Origin: Eledone cirrhosa
Lineage: Eukaryota
Direction of reading: 5' to 3'
Length of the DNA: 64,000 nt
Assembly: GCA_964016885.1 (NCBI GenBank)
Contig: OZ024743.1
Coordinates: forward strand, 164,238,001 to 164,302,000
Program-made: the position numbers and the translations under genes
Shown here: piece after piece, positions 61,425 to 64,000 of the stretch
Layout of the letters: each line of letters opens with the position of its first letter
Numbering within the stretch: position 1 is the first letter of the stretch
The notes under the pieces: model-generated
Told to the model about the DNA's origin: nothing
The model's database searches: none
The model's input: the letters and a program-made list of their open reading frames with translations, nothing else

Positions 61425-64000
61425 GTAAGAAACTAAACAGTCCAAATGTTTATATATTGTTATTGTTATTTAACCCCAAGATAGTCATGATCTGACAGAC
61501 CTGTATTGAAAGGTATGCCAACACATTTGATGTATATGTTTACAGCTATAGAACTATGTGTATATATATATACATACATACACACTCATATATATATTTA
61601 TAGTTACAATTTGCTTACAGACCAAAGAATTTAAGTGTTCAAAGTATTTAATTACTGTCAATTGTTTCTTCCCACAGTGACATACCACATGTACCAAATC
61701 ATTTTATTTAACAATTTGTCATTAGTGAGTATAGATTATGAGTGTCACCAGAGTTCAATTGAAATACCAATAGAAGTCTCAGGAAAAAATAGAACAGATA
61801 ATATATATAAATAAAATGATTTGCTACATGTGGCATATCACTGTGGGAAGAAACACTTATCAGTTATTAAATGCCTTGAACTTTTAAATTCTTTGGTTTG
61901 TAAGCAAATTGTAACTAGATAATGGTTCTGCTTGACCCTATCATTGCATTGGGCTAACAGACACCTAGTAAATGAGTAAAATTTAATCTTGATATTACTA
62001 TTATATACATATGTACATGCACACACATTTAATAAAGGGCATAGAACCTGACTTTCAATCTATCTATCATGTTGTAATTGTTTGTTTTTATATTTTTTAC
62101 ACGACTGTATGTAAAATCCCCGGCATGTTTTTGTATTGTCCCCTTTTCTTGTGCGCCCTTGTGGCTAATAAAGAAATATATCTATCATGATTTCATATAA
62201 ATGAAACAGTTCTAGTCCTGTAAAAGTAATTGTGTACCTTTTTTAACTCTGGGAACCTCCCAATACCCATCTGAAATCCTCCCTTTATATATATATTTTT
62301 TTTCCATTGTCTTTGTCCTGTGCACTCCCTATTTTGAATTTATATTCTAAAGACTTAGCCAGGTGGGCTTTTTTTTTAAACTATCATATAATAGACATCA
62401 CACCACCCGGTCTGTTTTCCCCTATTCTCCCTTACCTTTTCTGTCTGCACATTGGACAACAGTCCTTATTCTCTTTTGTTTTACTATTTCTCCCCTTTCT
62501 ATATTTTTCTCCTTTGGCTAAGCCCTTGTGCACTCTATATTTGTGTATTTGCCTAAAGGCATAACTTGTCTCTACCTGTTTTGTTATGTCATTGGAATGA
62601 ACGGTGCCAACCTTAATACAGCAAGACCGTGATGATTTCCAGAGGTTGACTGGAGGAGATGTGATTGTCTTTGTCCTCCTTCTTCTTCACCCACTTATTT
62701 CTGAGAGGGTCATGGGGGAAGAGTCCTCAAACACTCCTTCCAGTGTGTCCTGTCAGAAACAACTGTTTCCAACTGATCCAACAAATCCCCAAGCGAGACC
62801 AGCCAAGCTCATGGATGTTATCCAACCATCTTGCTCAGGCTCTACCCCTTGGTCCCCTGCCTGTTGGGTTTGCCCATAAAATCTGTCTAGTGATTCTTTC
62901 TTAATCACATGCCCATAGTACCGGAGCTGTTGTGTCTCAATTCGGAGAAGTTGCAGCTCTACCTGGAGCAACTCTCTAATCTCTTAACTTCGCACTCTAT
63001 TGAGTCCAAAGACCCTTCAGAGAAAACCCATTTCAGTCACTTGTATTCACAATCGTATTGTTTTGGTCATTACCCAAGATTCATGACCATAAGTAAGGGT
63101 TGACATGAATATCGAATTGAAGATAACCAGTTAATACCATTTATCAAACAACTAGAATATTTCTCAATAAAACTAAAAATGAAATTTACAGCTTTCACAT
63201 ATGTAGGTTTAGCTAGCCTCCTATAAGATTGCATCTTATAGGAAGTTTCTTGTGTGTTTTGATTATATGGGGCCTGGACCTATTTTGAAAAGAGTGGGGT
63301 GGGTGGAAGGAAATGATTATCAGATTGAACTTAGGGAACAATGTTTCCTTTGGTCTTTCCACTGCTGATACTATCTGTTAGTCACATCTCCAAGCAGAAG
63401 GAGCAGCATAAAATAAGGCATTTTACTCAAATATTCAACATGCTACCTGATTCAGGAATCAAATCTATGACCATATGATCATGAGTCCAACACTCTAACC
63501 ACTAAGCCACACTCCTTCACCGTTGAAACCAAAAAGATTATCTATGTCAGCATAGCATAGGCATCCCTCAATCTCAGGAGACTATAGAGTTGTGCACTGA
63601 TCTTCTGTGTACAAAGCCTAGATAGATAGTTATGGGGAACAGAGTGTTACCTATGTAGTAGGTCCCCATTTTCCATGTCAATGAAATAATCTAATAAAAA
63701 GGCAAGTGCTGATAAGCATGGGTCCAATGCCATCTCAGATGTTGCCAGGACATTACTGATTACTGCCTCAGTGACTCCATCTCTATATTTTTCTTCAGGG
63801 TTGACTCTTGAAGTTTTTCCCCTGAGTGCGTATAGCTGCAAGGCAGTGGAGGTTTTAAATCAGCGTTTTCTATCACTTACATGACTACCTGCTTAGGTTG
63901 AGGGGCTCTAGCTGCCCAAAGCTTCTGGTTTTAAAGTGCTAGTGACCTGACTTTCACCCCTTCTGTTAGTACATAGAGTTAAAGGCTCTATGTACTTTTA

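Overview
Eukaryotic, AT-rich, repeat-dense DNA; the SINE, RTE and Penelope families present suggest an octopod cephalopod (inference). One host gene crosses the window on the + strand: seven phase-compatible GT-AG exons (12795-61424, 2201 coding nt) encoding the TPR-like and C-terminal part of GEMIN5. The introns hold a near-intact full-length RTE LINE (one frameshift, a PHD-type finger inside the RT, a ~360-bp tandem array at its 5' end), many truncated RTE and Rex3-like copies, CRE-, Hero- and R4-like relics, Helitrons, MITEs, tRNA-derived SINEs, minisatellites and Penelope-like elements with fold-back pseudo-LTRs carrying hammerhead ribozymes. The most unusual signal is a ~500-570-bp non-coding repeat (41015-41722 +, 57991-58564 -). 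It carries all hammerhead core motifs in a non-circularly permuted (pseudoknotted) strand order, with compensatory base changes between copies, and is inserted as slightly-more-than-unit-length tandems with different start points, as expected of a circular-RNA retrozyme. All calls come from manual reading; no searches or folding programs were run, and boundaries of degenerate repeats are approximate.
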